Part shown: positions 25,470-37,876 of the stretch, one piece after another | How the letters are laid out: each line of letters starts with the position of its first letter | Position numbering within the stretch: the first letter of the stretch is position 1 | Assembly (NCBI GenBank): GCA_043228905.1 | Contig: JBHGNT010000011.1 | Location: forward strand, 2,046,001 to 2,110,000 | Source: Azolla caroliniana | Lineage: Eukaryota > Plantae > Polypodiophyta | Reading direction: 5' to 3' | Length of the DNA stretch: 64,000 nt | Made by a program: the position numbers and the translations under genes | The notes under the pieces: generated by a model | Seen by the model: the letters and a program-made list of their open reading frames with translations, nothing else | Databases searched by the model: none | What the model was told of the DNA's origin: nothing

Positions 25470-28400
25470 CTACTTCACGACATCCACCCCCTCTAGACCT
25501 GCACATCCTTCGGCATGTGCCACTATCTTTCTATCTTCATGTTGATCTATTGGAGGAGGTTCAAGCTCAAATCTTTTCTTAAATAGTTTTATCCTCTTTC
25601 CAGGTACCACATTTAGAATTAGTGTCCCATCCAATTCACAAAGTTTATAGGTAAAGTTATCATGTACTTTTCTTACTATATAAGGCCCAAACCATCCTTC
25701 AACAAACTTGTATAAAATGCTATGTTGATTATCTAAACTGCTATCATACACAAGCACCCAATCCCCTTCTTCTATTTTCTTAGGTCCAATTTTGTGAGTT
25801 TTATCAAAACAAATTTTATTCTTCAATCGAGCCTCTAATCGTTGGGTTGCTAATTTTAAATTTTAAGGTTGACGCTCTAATTGTTGAATTTGCAAAGCAC
25901 GCAATTCTTCCCTGCTCACCTCTTCTCTCCATGGAATAGATGTCCATGACATAATTGATTCTTCTACCGGTATGATGGGCTTTTGGCCAAGTATCAATTC
26001 AGTTGGCTTGTATCCTATTACTGAACTATGCGTCGTCCAATCCGCCCATAGTGCATAAGGTAGCATGCATGGCCAATCTCTTATTTTACCTTTATAGCTT
26101 TTCACGACCGCCTTAAATATTGGGCTATGTCCTCTTTCAATATTTCCATTGGATTTTGGATTATAAGCAGTTGTAAGTGAGAACTTGACCCCTATCCGAC
26201 TGAAGAATTATCTAGCTTCATCAGAATCAAGTTCTCCTCTATCTACAATTATTTTACCAACACACCCATAATGACATATTACATCTTCTAACAAAGATTT
26301 ACATACAACTCTAGTTGTTTTTTGTCATAGTGGTCTTGCTTCTACTTGGTTTGTAAGGTCTTCTCTTGCTAGTACTAAATATCGCATTTGACCTTCCCCA
26401 AGTGACATTGTCACTAGATCGACCATCCATTTATAATGCATCGATGATGAATATGTTGGTTTTAGCTCATCTTGATACCGAACAGTTGAATACCTCTGGT
26501 AGACCTCACAGGTTTCCACAAATTTCATTACATCTTTATACATATATGGCCAACAATCTGTTTCAACCACTACGCCTGCTCCGATCAAGTAATCTCTATC
26601 TATTTTTAATGTCGTAAGCAAACCCCACAATTCTCATTTAACTTGCGCAGAATTTCTTTGTCTATGATTTAATATCTTTGCCCCAAACATGATAGCATAT
26701 CGATGTTGCTCTTCTTCTTCTTGGTTGATAACCCAATCAATCCCAATTGGACTAGTATCAACTATCACTATAATTGGTCTTTCACCTTTGTAGTCTGGTT
26801 GACGAAGAATTGGAGCTTTCAATTGTTGAAAAACTTGTGTATTTTCATCAGTCCAAATAAACTTCTTCCCTTTTTTTAAAAGTTGGTAGAGAGGATTTGA
26901 GACATGTGCAAAGTGTGGTAACCAAATATGATAAAACACATATGTACCTAAAAATCTTCTCACCTTTGTTACCGATTCGCAAACTTCCTTCATATTTTGT
27001 ATTGCTTTAATTTTGATTGGCGAAGGCTTCCACCCATACCAACCACACATATGAGTAATTATCAGAATTTTGTTCTGCCCAAAAAATTGACTTCGTTCTT
27101 GATAGTGTTAAATGTACTTGCTCAAGCTTATTTAAAATACTTTCATAATCATTAATGTGATTGATCACAAACTTTCTGCTACCATTTCCAACTATAGTCT
27201 CATCTTTCTCTCTTTCTAAGCATCCCTTAATAGGAATATCATCTAAAAATGGCATAGTTACCTTTGGGATGTACTCGTGTAGAACTTTGTTCATTGCATT
27301 CATCATATGAGCAACTAAATTTGTTGCGCCTTGAGGTAGAGTGCACATTCGAACCAACCCAATTGGTGTTTTCATTGTTGTGATATTGCGACTATCAATT
27401 GCTTGCTGAAATTGGTCATATCCCGAATATAGGTCTCCCATAGAGTAAATCGCTCTCACAACAAAAGCTTCTGCAAATTCATCAACGATCAGTTCGATTC
27501 TTGCATTTTGGATTGTGACTTTGTTCACTGGTTGTATATCTTGAATGAATCTTAGAGAACCATCTTTCTTTGGAATTGTGACCATCGATTGGAGTATGGT
27601 GCATTAGAAGGATCTACAATCTTCATGTTGATTTTATCCTTCAGCAACTCCAACAATTTAGGCAATCGAGTTCTCGATACTGCAATAGGTTTAAAATTCC
27701 AAGGAATATGAGGGATAGTAAATATTACCATTGGCGTCACCACCTTTGGATCTACACAACCAATCTCCTCAACTTTGAATGCGAACGCTTTCCCATGCCT
27801 AAAGATCATTTCCTTGAAAGTCGACATCTTTGATTGTAGTAGAAATTCACCCCCTCCGATTCTCAAGTTATTTATTGTCTCTGAAGTGAAGTGATGTCCA
27901 ATCTTCTCTATCGGTCGAAGCATAGGCTCAGTTGATGTTGCCTCCATCTTTTCTTCGCTACCAATAGGTAATGGTATTGTAGCAGGTTTGATCTTTTTAT
28001 CTATTGTTTGTATTTTCTATTACATAAACTTTCTACTTCTTCATATTTACAATTATACCTATCAGTCGCATAATTCATATCAATTGAATTTACATTTATC
28101 TTTCTAACACTCTCATCATCTTCTTTCAAATACATTTCTAACTCTTTTATGGTATTTGCAAAAGAAACTTCTTCCATAATAATTTCAAATATGCTCTTCC
28201 ATTTGAAGTACTCCATTATCCTTCAATGCTTGTTGAAACAAGGCATTCATACATCCTAGTCACACATATAGCACCACTTTTAGAAACATGAAATTACTTA
28301 TTCATATGTTGTAATGCCCGACATGAGGGTTTTTTAATAATGGAACTATTGCAACCCTCATTGCCAATAGTCCTAGTCAAAAACCTGATTATTAAAATCA

Positions 28401-30370
28401 TCACATTCTTTTGGTATCGAAAATCACGAAGCTCTTGCTTGTTCCTCTCATCATTTGGGCGAATTTTCATAAACTGTACATTTCGTCATCCATCTTGGCT
28501 ACGTATTTTCGCATAGGCTGAACCATTGTCGAGGACTTTGGTTTCCATCTGTACTGTTGTGATGTATGGTTGCCCCAAGATTATTGGATAGGTAGATCCT
28601 TCCTTCACAAAGAAATGTTGATCTACTTCTATATCACCAATAGTAACCTTTACATGCACCAAATAAGTCTTCGTTGACTGATGTGGTCACTTTTACTCGC
28701 CAACCATGTTGAGTATCAATTGGCCATCTACCTTTCATGTAAAAATCAACACTCATTATATTTATTTCAGAACCATGATCAATAAGTGTCATCACGGGGT
28801 CTGGAACATTTCCAATCTTCACATGATGCTCAGTAGTGGCTTCTTGCATCTGTTGAACTTATCATTGAGGTTGATGCATGTTGAGAGTCAACAATGATAT
28901 TGTTTGGCTCGTTGCTCACCACTTCATATGCCACCTTTCGATCCGTCTTTTTAACCTACTCATTAACTTGCTTATTTCTTCGCACAATATCAATTATTTC
29001 ATCATGAAATTCCTTTTTTGCAATACCTAACAATTCCCTTAGTGTAAATTCTACTCGACTGTCTAGTATTCTTGTTTCTAAAATTTTCTTTAAATCTGTA
29101 TCCTTTTCAATATCAAACATTAATTTGAAAGAAGGACCAAATTTACCTTTTTCAACTTTTGTGTCCATATCTTTTCTTTTGCTTTCTCTTGTTTCATGCT
29201 TTTATGTCGAGCCAGTCTCATCATCCGGACTTTTCCTTTTTTCTTCCACTATCACCTCATAGTCTTGGTGTTCTGGCATCTTAGCATAGATGGTCATAGC
29301 ATCTACCAGAACATCCCATCCAGTGTTTTTCCTTACAAAATCTCCGGCAACATGAAGGTCTTCCATCTTCAGATTTTGCTTTTTTGTGGAACTTACAACC
29401 TTCTCCCAGAATGATGATTGGCATGGCGTTTTATCGAGATGCATTCCTGCCGTTGCCGAATAGTACATTGTAGAAGTCTTCCTTGCTTCAACTTCTTCAA
29501 ACTTGACAACACCATCACCAAAGTTCTTTGTAAGTGGACTCCTAGTTTTAGTTAAGTAAATCTTACCATTTTTCCAATAGACCTAGTGTCGATTTTCTAT
29601 GTCTTTATATTCCTCACAATCACGTAATCGATGTTTGAGACTATCACAATGCATGCATCGAGGTCGAAATGGTTCCCATGACCTTGAAGTCTGACCATTC
29701 TCAAGCTTTGCCACTTTAATTGTTAAATCTTTCATACTTTGAACAAAATTATCAAGCAACGACTCACTATTAGTTCCGATCATTTGTCGTGGTTCTCAAC
29801 CAAGTCTTTGAACTTTAATGTTTTGCTCGAGCCGATTCATGATTCACACATGTGGTATTTGTAGCATTGTACCATTCCTTTGCATTCTTTTCATAAATTT
29901 ATTATAAGAATTTATTAGCTCATTCCAATCTGCAGTTATACCCTCCTCGATATTTGCTACTTCAAGCATAAGTTCCAACTCCTTTCTATATCTGTTGTCA
30001 ACTGCCTACAAAAATAAAGCAACCTTTTGCCAAGACAAAGAATTTCTTTCTTCTGGCTTTAAGTGTCCATACAATTTATCAAACTCCTTTTTTTTGTCAG
30101 CCACAAATAATCCTTTATCTTCTTTTAAGACCCATTCATGGAATGAACGCATAGTATCTCCAGAAAAATCTTCACAAGCATATTCAGACATAAGTGTTTC
30201 TTTGAATGCATCCCAATCCAAACTATGCAATGTTTGTATTTCACGAATTCTATCTCTTAATTCCATGTCCACTCATTTATAAAAGTTTGCTATCATATTT
30301 ACATCATTCACACCAAACATTTCCCTTTCATCATAATATATATTCAAGTACTTTGAAATATGTGTGCCAT
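25470..30370 (-). pseudogene. gag-pol of element C
   Basis: PRCMHCDSLKH knuckle; LIDHGSEINI protease; RFIQDIQPVN, DLYSGYDQF, LPQGATN and PFLDD RT; VDTSPIG RNase H; WMVDLV integrase; WFGPY C-terminus running into the LTR. Confidence 0.93.
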
Positions 30371-30372
30371 CA

Positions 30373-31077
30373 TGTTAGGAAACAGGTCCCTCCGGATGGG
30401 AAGTGAGAAGAACAGTGCTGATGAGAAACCGGATGAGGAGCACCCGGCTACGGAGTACCCGGTGAGAACCGGATGAGGAGTACCCGGCTACGGAGGACCC
30501 AGTGAGAACCGGAAGAGGAGTACCTGGCTACGGAAGACTCGGTGAGAACCAGATGAGGAGTACCCGGTGAGAACCGGATGAGGAGTACCCGGCAAGAGCC
30601 GGATGGTGAAGGCCCGATGAGAAGTGCTCACTGGATGAAGGGACATCTTCGTAAATATGTTTCTGAGAGTCCATCGAGGCTATATTTGTAAATAGCCGAA
30701 AAGTCATATTAGTATAAATATGACTTAGGGCAAACAAAGAAAAATGATTGTTGTTTTCATTCTTGTTGGCACGAGATTAGAGCGCAACAGTGTACAGAGA
30801 AAGAGAGAGAGAGAGAGAAAGAGACGAAGAGTTTGTATCTTTGCTGTAACCGCCGCTTGTGGCGAAGACAGTGAACAAGAGGTCGTTGCCTCTGTGTTCA
30901 TCTATTGTATCTTGTTACATAGTGATAGTTAGCAGTTAGTGGACTGCCGTGGTTTTTTCCCGTGTTTGGGTTTTCCACGTAAACATCCTGTGTACTCTTC
31001 TCTCCACTGTGTCGTGCATTCATTCCCGTTTTCTGTGTTTGATTCTAAGCTCGGTTGTGGCCGAGCATTGCGCAACA
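30373..31077 (+). mobile_element. Copia-type LTR inserted in element C, with an internal tandem repeat at 30400-30630
   Basis: TGTTAG...GCAACA; GGTTTTCCACGTAAA U5-like motif; repeated GAGAACCGGATGAGGAGTACCCGG units; no TSD. Confidence 0.7.
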
Positions 31078-31251
31078 AGTGTGTGTGTTCCTGTCACATC
31101 AAACATACCAATCTTCTCTTGGACTTCTCTAAGGCATGAAATAATTGATCTTGATTCAACTTTTCAATCAACAACCTTACCATATCCATTGTACTCGTAC
31201 TTGCCTTGTTGATGTTGATCTTTACTTTAGATGTCTCTTCTACTTCCCCGT

Positions 31252-31269
31252 TTCATGTCGAGATCACCA
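31252..31269 (-). promoter_or_regulatory. Putative tRNA-Trp PBS
   Basis: TGGTGATCTCGACATGAA, 5 nt after the 5' LTR; similar to TGGTGAACCCGACGTGAA (plant tRNA-Trp complement, recalled). Confidence 0.6.
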
Positions 31270-32722
31270 GATTGTGTCGTGGTGTGGCTTAGCTAGAAGT
31301 GTTGCATTCCTCAGACAAAAGATAACATGAAAGGAAGGAATCACTAGGATTTTGGACGGAAGAGACGAAAAGAGTAGAGATGAAGTAAATAGAGATCAAC
31401 AAGGTATGATAAGATATGATGTAGAATGATATTTGAAGGAATATAGGAAATTTATCATTATTTCATGAAAGAGTTACAAAATGGTTGCGAGCATCATTGA
31501 ACCTTCAAACTTTGTCTGACTAGTAACCGCTCTTCTCTTTCTTGATAGTAGACCGCCATCTTCCCTTCTATCTTTAGATGACGGTATGATTCGAACCTCC
31601 ACCCTTTCGTTGCAGGTTGAGCACCACAACTGCCAAGCTAGATCTTCTCTTGTATTTTGAAGATTTTTTATTATCTTCACCTTCTTTTCTTCCTCTTTCT
31701 CTCGTATGATGGTTTTTACATTATAATTCTCTCTTGACCCGATACAGTACAATTATATTCAATCTTATTTATTGATATCTCTTACAATATAGTTCTCTTC
31801 GATTTCGATTCCTAGATATCCCTTCTATCTCATGAGGTGGAGGTGGAGGTTCAAGTCCTCTCTTGCCCATGTAATACAATGTATTTTTTTCTTTATTTGC
31901 CTCTACATATCATGTATAATATAGTGCTTTGTTTGTATGATCCTTATGTATAATACACTATCAAGATTCATCTTAGTTATGTATTTATCTTATTGTAGAC
32001 TTTTAATGTGAAGCTTTCCTACTTCTCGACACTGGCAAGGCCGGACAAAGGAGTCGGCAAAGCTCGCACTACACCGAAGGATCAGGAGGATCAGAAGGAT
32101 CCAGAACTGGAAAGACCAAAAAAATGCCATCCTTTGTGATGCAGCATGTCAAGGCGAACAGAATGAAGAAAACCACCTCACAATCGGATGAGGTGTGGTA
32201 CGTTGACTCTCGAGCATCAAACACATGACAAGCCATGAACAATCCAAATGATCAGGTACCATTCAAGTAGCGAAAGATGAGCTTAACTTCCTGCCAATGC
32301 TTAACTCATGGGCAATGCATAAACCTGCTCATCTGAGAGACAACAAACTGAATATCGGGTCAGGTTATGCATAAGTAAATCAAGCATCCAACTTCCTGTT
32401 GATAGAGAATAACATCAAATGCATCTCTAGCATCATGAAGGCTCAAACATAAACCTATCTCCATGGGAGTGGCAATAGGTTTACAATCTTCAAGGCCAAA
32501 ACGTTGCAATAATGTGTTAATATATTTTGATTGACACAAAGTTGTTCCACATCAACTTGCATAAATTGAATGCCCAAATAATGATGCAAATGTCCCAAAT
32601 CTGACATATCAAAAGAGGCATGCAAATCATCCTTAAAGTCAACAATGTGCTTCTCATTGGGACTATTGAGCAATATATCATCAACATACATAACCATGAT
32701 CAGAAATACATCATCAGCACGT

Positions 32723-33492
32723 TGTCGTGATGTTTTCGACACATAGTGTGAAACCTCCTCAAAAGAGAATAAAATAGTAGTCCAAATTAACTAATGTTGT
32801 TAAATCAACTATAGTAATAAATGAAAGGATAAAAAGTTAGAAACGGTTTTCGAAAGTAGACAAAAGTAGAGAAAAAGATGGGAAAAGAAAAGCTAGGCGT
32901 GGATATGAGGAGCAAGGTTGAGTAAAAAACTCATAATTTCCTCGTCCAATGTCCAAATTAGAAAAGGAAATATGCATAAGAAAGCTAACCGAAAGAGATT
33001 TTTAAGAATATCTTGCATGTCAAATTTGACGTTGCAGAACAAAAATAGGGATAAAAAGAAACTCAACTCATATAGACAAACTTTTAGGGGTAAAAAAAAC
33101 GGAAGCAAGAAATCCTAAACCTATAATAAGAGCTCATTTTAAGAAGAAGGGGGGAGGGAGAAAGAACGCGGAAGCTCTATTCAATTGGAAAGCGGAAGAA
33201 GAAGGATCAACAACATCAAGAGGCATCATCAACAAAGAAACTCCTTCTATATTCCACTCTCTTCCTCATTCCTTTATAAACAATCCTTGATATTCACATC
33301 CAACCCGTTGTAACATGATTCTTATATTATAAAAGAATCTATTATTTTGATATAAACTAATGTTTTCTTTCATCTACTTGTCTTATGTGTAAATCTTGAT
33401 TGTGTTGTGCGTGTGAACTCTAATTCCTTCCAGTCCATAACCCCGACGGTTCTGCCTCACGATCCGCACATAGTGACAGATTTTTCACGACA
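32723..33492 (+). mobile_element. Solo LTR TGTCGTG...CACGACA with 4-bp TSD
   Basis: TSD ACGT/ACGC; removing the insertion plus 4 bp restores the copia RT frame (STL*CKRADDVFLIMVMYVDD). Confidence 0.85.
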
Positions 33493-36304
33493 ACGCTTAC
33501 ACTATAAGGTGCTTTCAGTTGGACTACTCTCAAACCCAAATGCAATCGAATAGGCATGTATCTTTTCATGCCAAGAACATGGTGCTTGCATCAACCCATA
33601 TATAATGCCTTTCTCAACCTACACACTTTGTGTTCATGCCCTTTCTACAAAAAACCACCGGGTTGAGATACATACACTTCCTCATGAAGATCACCATTTA
33701 GAAATGTTGTTTTAAAGTCCAACTGATGTACATTCCAACCACGATGAGCTGCAGCAATTGCATAGATGCTAAGGTAGTAGTTATACGGCAAGTGGGAGCA
33801 AAGGTCTCATCAAAATCAATGTTTTTTTTCTTGGGCATAACCTTTCGCAACAAGCCTAGCCTTATACTTGTCAACGTTTCAATCAAGTTTACGCTTCAGT
33901 TTATATACCCACTTAGTGCCAATAGCCTTCTTGCCATGAGGCACGTCACATAAAGACCATGTGCCAATCTTCATAATAGCATCATATTCCGATTGCATAG
34001 TAGCCATCCAATTTTCTGAATTTTGTGCTTCATCAAAAGAAACAGGTTCATTCTCATCACAAAGACTAGAGGCAGCCATAGCATAACAATGTGATGCAAA
34101 AGAAGCACTATGAGAACCTGAACAAGTACGGTATGACAAAGGAACATCTAATTTTCTAGATCTTGCAAAGTCTACAAAAGCCATTTAGGCACAGTCTTTG
34201 CCTCCTCTATATCAGCCCTCTCATTAATGAGTGCATCATGTAAGTCTGCATCAGAAATAGAATGATCTACATCATTATGAGTAGCTTCCAAAGGTTGAGA
34301 AGGTGCCTCAAGTGGATCAACACTTAACTGTCCACTTGTAAAAAGAGGTAACAAAGTGTCATAAACATCTCTGGAGCTAATTGATGTCTCCTTAGTACAT
34401 GAAAGAAGTGGTTGAATTGCATCCTCCACAAAAACAACATCACAGCTAACCAGAATGCGTTTAGATTGTGGATGATACAAACGATAGCCTTTACTTTCAG
34501 AACTGTATCCTACAAATATACATGTCACTACTTTATCATCCAATTTTTTGCATTGTTGTTTAGGCACTAATGCATATGCCAAGCAACCAAAAACACGCAA
34601 ATGAGCAGCAAATAGCTTTCGGCCATGCCAAGCCTCATATGGAGTGATAGAGTGCAATGCTTTAGTGGGACACCTTTTAAGTACATATGTTGCACACATG
34701 ACAGCCTCAAGCCAGAAACTATGTGGTAAAGCCTGACTTTTGACCATACACCTCGCCATTTCCATGAGTAACCTATTCTTTCTTTCAACAACTCCATTCT
34801 GTTGAGGTGTATACGACACTGTACACTGATGTTTTATCCCACGTTCAGCCAAAAATGCATTAAACTTAGAAGACATATACTCCCCCCCTCGATCACAAAG
34901 GAGGGTGCCCATTTTACATGCTAACAAATTTTCAACGGAAGCTAGAAACTGTTTGAAGCACATAAACACTTCGGACATTGCCTTCAATGGATATACCCAT
35001 GCATGCTTGGAAAATTCATCAATAAAAGTCAAGAAGTAAAGATAGTTCCCAAGAGAATGTGTCTGCATAGGACCACATACATCACTATGAACAAGCTGCA
35101 ATTTTTGTGTAGCTCTAACTAAACCATTTTTTGGAAAGGATGAGCGTTGCATTTTGCCCTAAATACAACCTTCACAAACATGCTTCTAAGGTACATCAAG
35201 TTTGGGCAAGGAGGACACCAGTTGAGAGTTTTGCAAACGAAGCAAACTTGTAAAATTCAGATGACCAAAGCGTGCATGCCAAAACTTTGCATCTAAAATA
35301 GCTTGAGAATCATGTATTGCACATGTTGAATCATTTATAGATCTTTCATAATCTATGAGCTTATACAGTTCACGACATAAAACACTAAAAGCAATAATAA
35401 CATCGCCATTAGACAGATCATGAACTATACACTTGTCATCAACAAATTTAACAACCAAGCCAATGTTGGCTAATGTTGTAACTGACAACAGATTTTTCTT
35501 GATCCCTGGCACAAACAAAGCATCTAACAAGGTGAAAGAACTACCATCAACGGTAATCAAAATTATCTTACCAACACCCATAACTGGATAACATGAGTTA
35601 TGGCACATGTGATAGTATTCCTTATAGAGGCAAACTCCAATGAAGTGAAGAAATTGTGTTGCAAGGTAATATGTTTGGTTGCCCCACTGTCAAAGTACCA
35701 AACATCTTATTCAGATCTATATTAGACATACATTATTTTCAAAACCGCATTAGACATACATTATTCATATCTGCATTAGACACACATTAGTAAAGATGGG
35801 CCAAACCTACAAACAATAGCAAATGCCCATTTTTTGCACAAGATTTGCAGACTCTATTTTCGATGCAGAGACTTCTGCAACAAGGAGTCCCACCTCTTTT
35901 TTCTTTACCTCTTTTGTAGGCAATTTTGGGCAATTCTTTATAATATGATCAGTTCCTTTACAGTATTTGCAAAACAATTTTTGTTTCTACTCTTGTTTTT
36001 TTTCGTTCACTTGTGAAGTATTAGCAAATCTCTGCTTACTAGCAGATGAGTTCCATTTACCTTTGCCCTTCTTACTAGCTAGGAAAGCTTGACCTGCAAC
36101 ACGCATAATAGACTTGTTTTGCCTAGACTGATCTTCATGTAACAAAACAGAAACTAACTCCGTGAACGATAAGGCATTGGGATCACCTTTCATCATTAAA
36201 CAAAGGGTAGAAGCAAAACTCTAATATGAATCAGGAAGACCATTTAGAACGGTCTAAACAAGTGAACTATCTGGTATTATTTCATCATCAGAAATTAATT
36301 GTTC

Positions 36305-36696
36305 TGTTAATAATTAGGTAATTAAGCAAGGGTTAATTAACGTCTAATTATGTGATTAAGCAACGTAAGATTATGTGATATGTGTGTGTATGTATGTGAA
36401 GGGAAGAGAGAGAGGAAGTTAACACTTACGAACAACGAGACAAGATGGGGGATGATTAACTATATTAAAAAGCATCATCAAATACAAAAATACCCACAAT
36501 GAGGTATATATACATCTTATGTGCAAAGGTGCACATGTGTGAGTAGAATATACGTACAAAGGTGTAAGTCCTATATTAAATGATCATGGGAGTGGAGGAT
36601 CTACAATGTATCCCACTCAAGTACAAAATCCTATTTAAGTCTTTAAGGTCAACACACTAACTAGACCCTATCTAGGTAACTACTAAGTTACGTGTG
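36305..36696 (-). mobile_element. Truncated LTR of the copia family at 56219
   Basis: Aligns with 56219-56578 (TGTTAATAATTAGGTAATTAA...TAAGTTACGTGTGTTG); interrupts gag. Confidence 0.85.
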
Positions 36697-37771
36697 TTGC
36701 TCACTCTCCAACTGTTTTCAGAGATAAGCAACACAAGCCTCGTTTATTGCTTGGTACAAAGTGGTAAGAGTATCCCAAGCATCCTTTGTTGTCTTGCAAG
36801 AGCGAATATGGGGAATAATGGCACATTTCACAAACAAAACTATCAACTCATGTGCTTGAGCATCTCTGCCATCCCAACGAATTTGTTCTGCATTTGGTAC
36901 AACAAAAACTGCAACATTAGCATGAGTAGGATGATCAACATTCTCGACAGAATCAGTACCATCAGCATTTGTGTTCTCAACAACAAGACGTTTTTCAACC
37001 CCTTGAACCACATTCCACAACCCTTTTGCTACTAATACATGGCACATCATATTCCAGAGAGGGTAATTTGTTCCATCCAATGTATCCTCAACAGCAAGCA
37101 TCTGAAATACATCATTGCTCTCAGTCATGGCCATTGATTGAGCACGTTTTGATGCAAAAAATGAACTTTTGAATGAATGGAATGTCGTAGAAGACTCAAG
37201 GAGGTTTTTAGTAGGATTGAATCGACTTTGAAGCAAAAAAAAACACAACTAAAAGCAGAGGAAGAAAACACGGAGAAATTTTTTTTGCAGCATATACTCA
37301 AGTCTTATTCACTATCTCAAAATATGTCAACAAGTCTTATTCACTATCTCAAGCTTCATGTTGAAACTTCATGCTCAAGCTTCTTCTTGAAGCTTCGTGC
37401 TCTAGTTCCTCATTGAAGATTCACTTTCAAGCTTCTTGTTGAAGCTTCATGCTCAAGTGTCGTCTTGATTCTTTATGTCACGGACAAGTATAATAGAGCA
37501 AAGCGAAGACAAGACTAGAAAACAAGAGAGAGGAAAAGAACAAGAACTTAGCTTATAGAATCCGTAACTGGTGTTGTTCACCTTGATTAGAATCAAGGTG
37601 CACCTGAGTATTTATACAAGAAGGTAGGGCTATGTAAGCCAACTAGAAATAGAGTATGCTTGAGGATGCATGCAATAGAGAATGCATGCAAGCTAGAAAT
37701 GAGGATGCATGCAAGCTAGGAACTTCCAATCTTCAATCTATACTACATGAAGTTGGATTTAGTACAAGGAT

Positions 37772-37840
37772 GCATATGTAGCTCAATTGGTAGAGTTGCC
37801 CAATAGAGACCATGAGGTCTTGGGTTCAATCCCTACCTTC
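37772..37840 (+). other. tRNA-like A-box/B-box cassette in the chromovirus 3' LTR
   Basis: TAGCTCAATTGGTAGAG ... GGGTTCAATCCC with tRNA spacing; no intact acceptor stem. Confidence 0.75.
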
Positions 37841-37876
37841 CTCCGAGAGCCATATGTCTATGACATTATCTTCCCT

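Larger units (their letters stand above)
24534..32031 (-). mobile_element. Full-length decayed Ty3/gypsy element C; LTRs 24534-25482 and 31275-32031
   Basis: Paired LTRs TGTCGTG...CWCGACA; TSD CCGG/CTGG; PPT AGAGGGGGTGGA next to the left LTR; PBS next to the right LTR. Confidence 0.93.
32240..37300 (-). pseudogene. Copia polyprotein (gag, PR, GAG-pre-integrase, INT, RT), truncated within RT
   Basis: LDGTNYPLW, WYFDSGA, WHARFGH, VHSDVCGP, TPQQNGVVER, IGTKWVYK, YVDD and CLIYLCIT motifs. Confidence 0.95.

Noticed and set aside
30400-30630. CRISPR-like repeat array
   Set aside because: Units are plain tandem repeats without unique spacers, inside a plant LTR; same for 909-1140 and 19530-19870.
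37772-37840. Functional tRNA genes at the tRNA-like cassettes
   Set aside because: No intact acceptor or anticodon stems; reported only as tRNA-like promoter cassettes.
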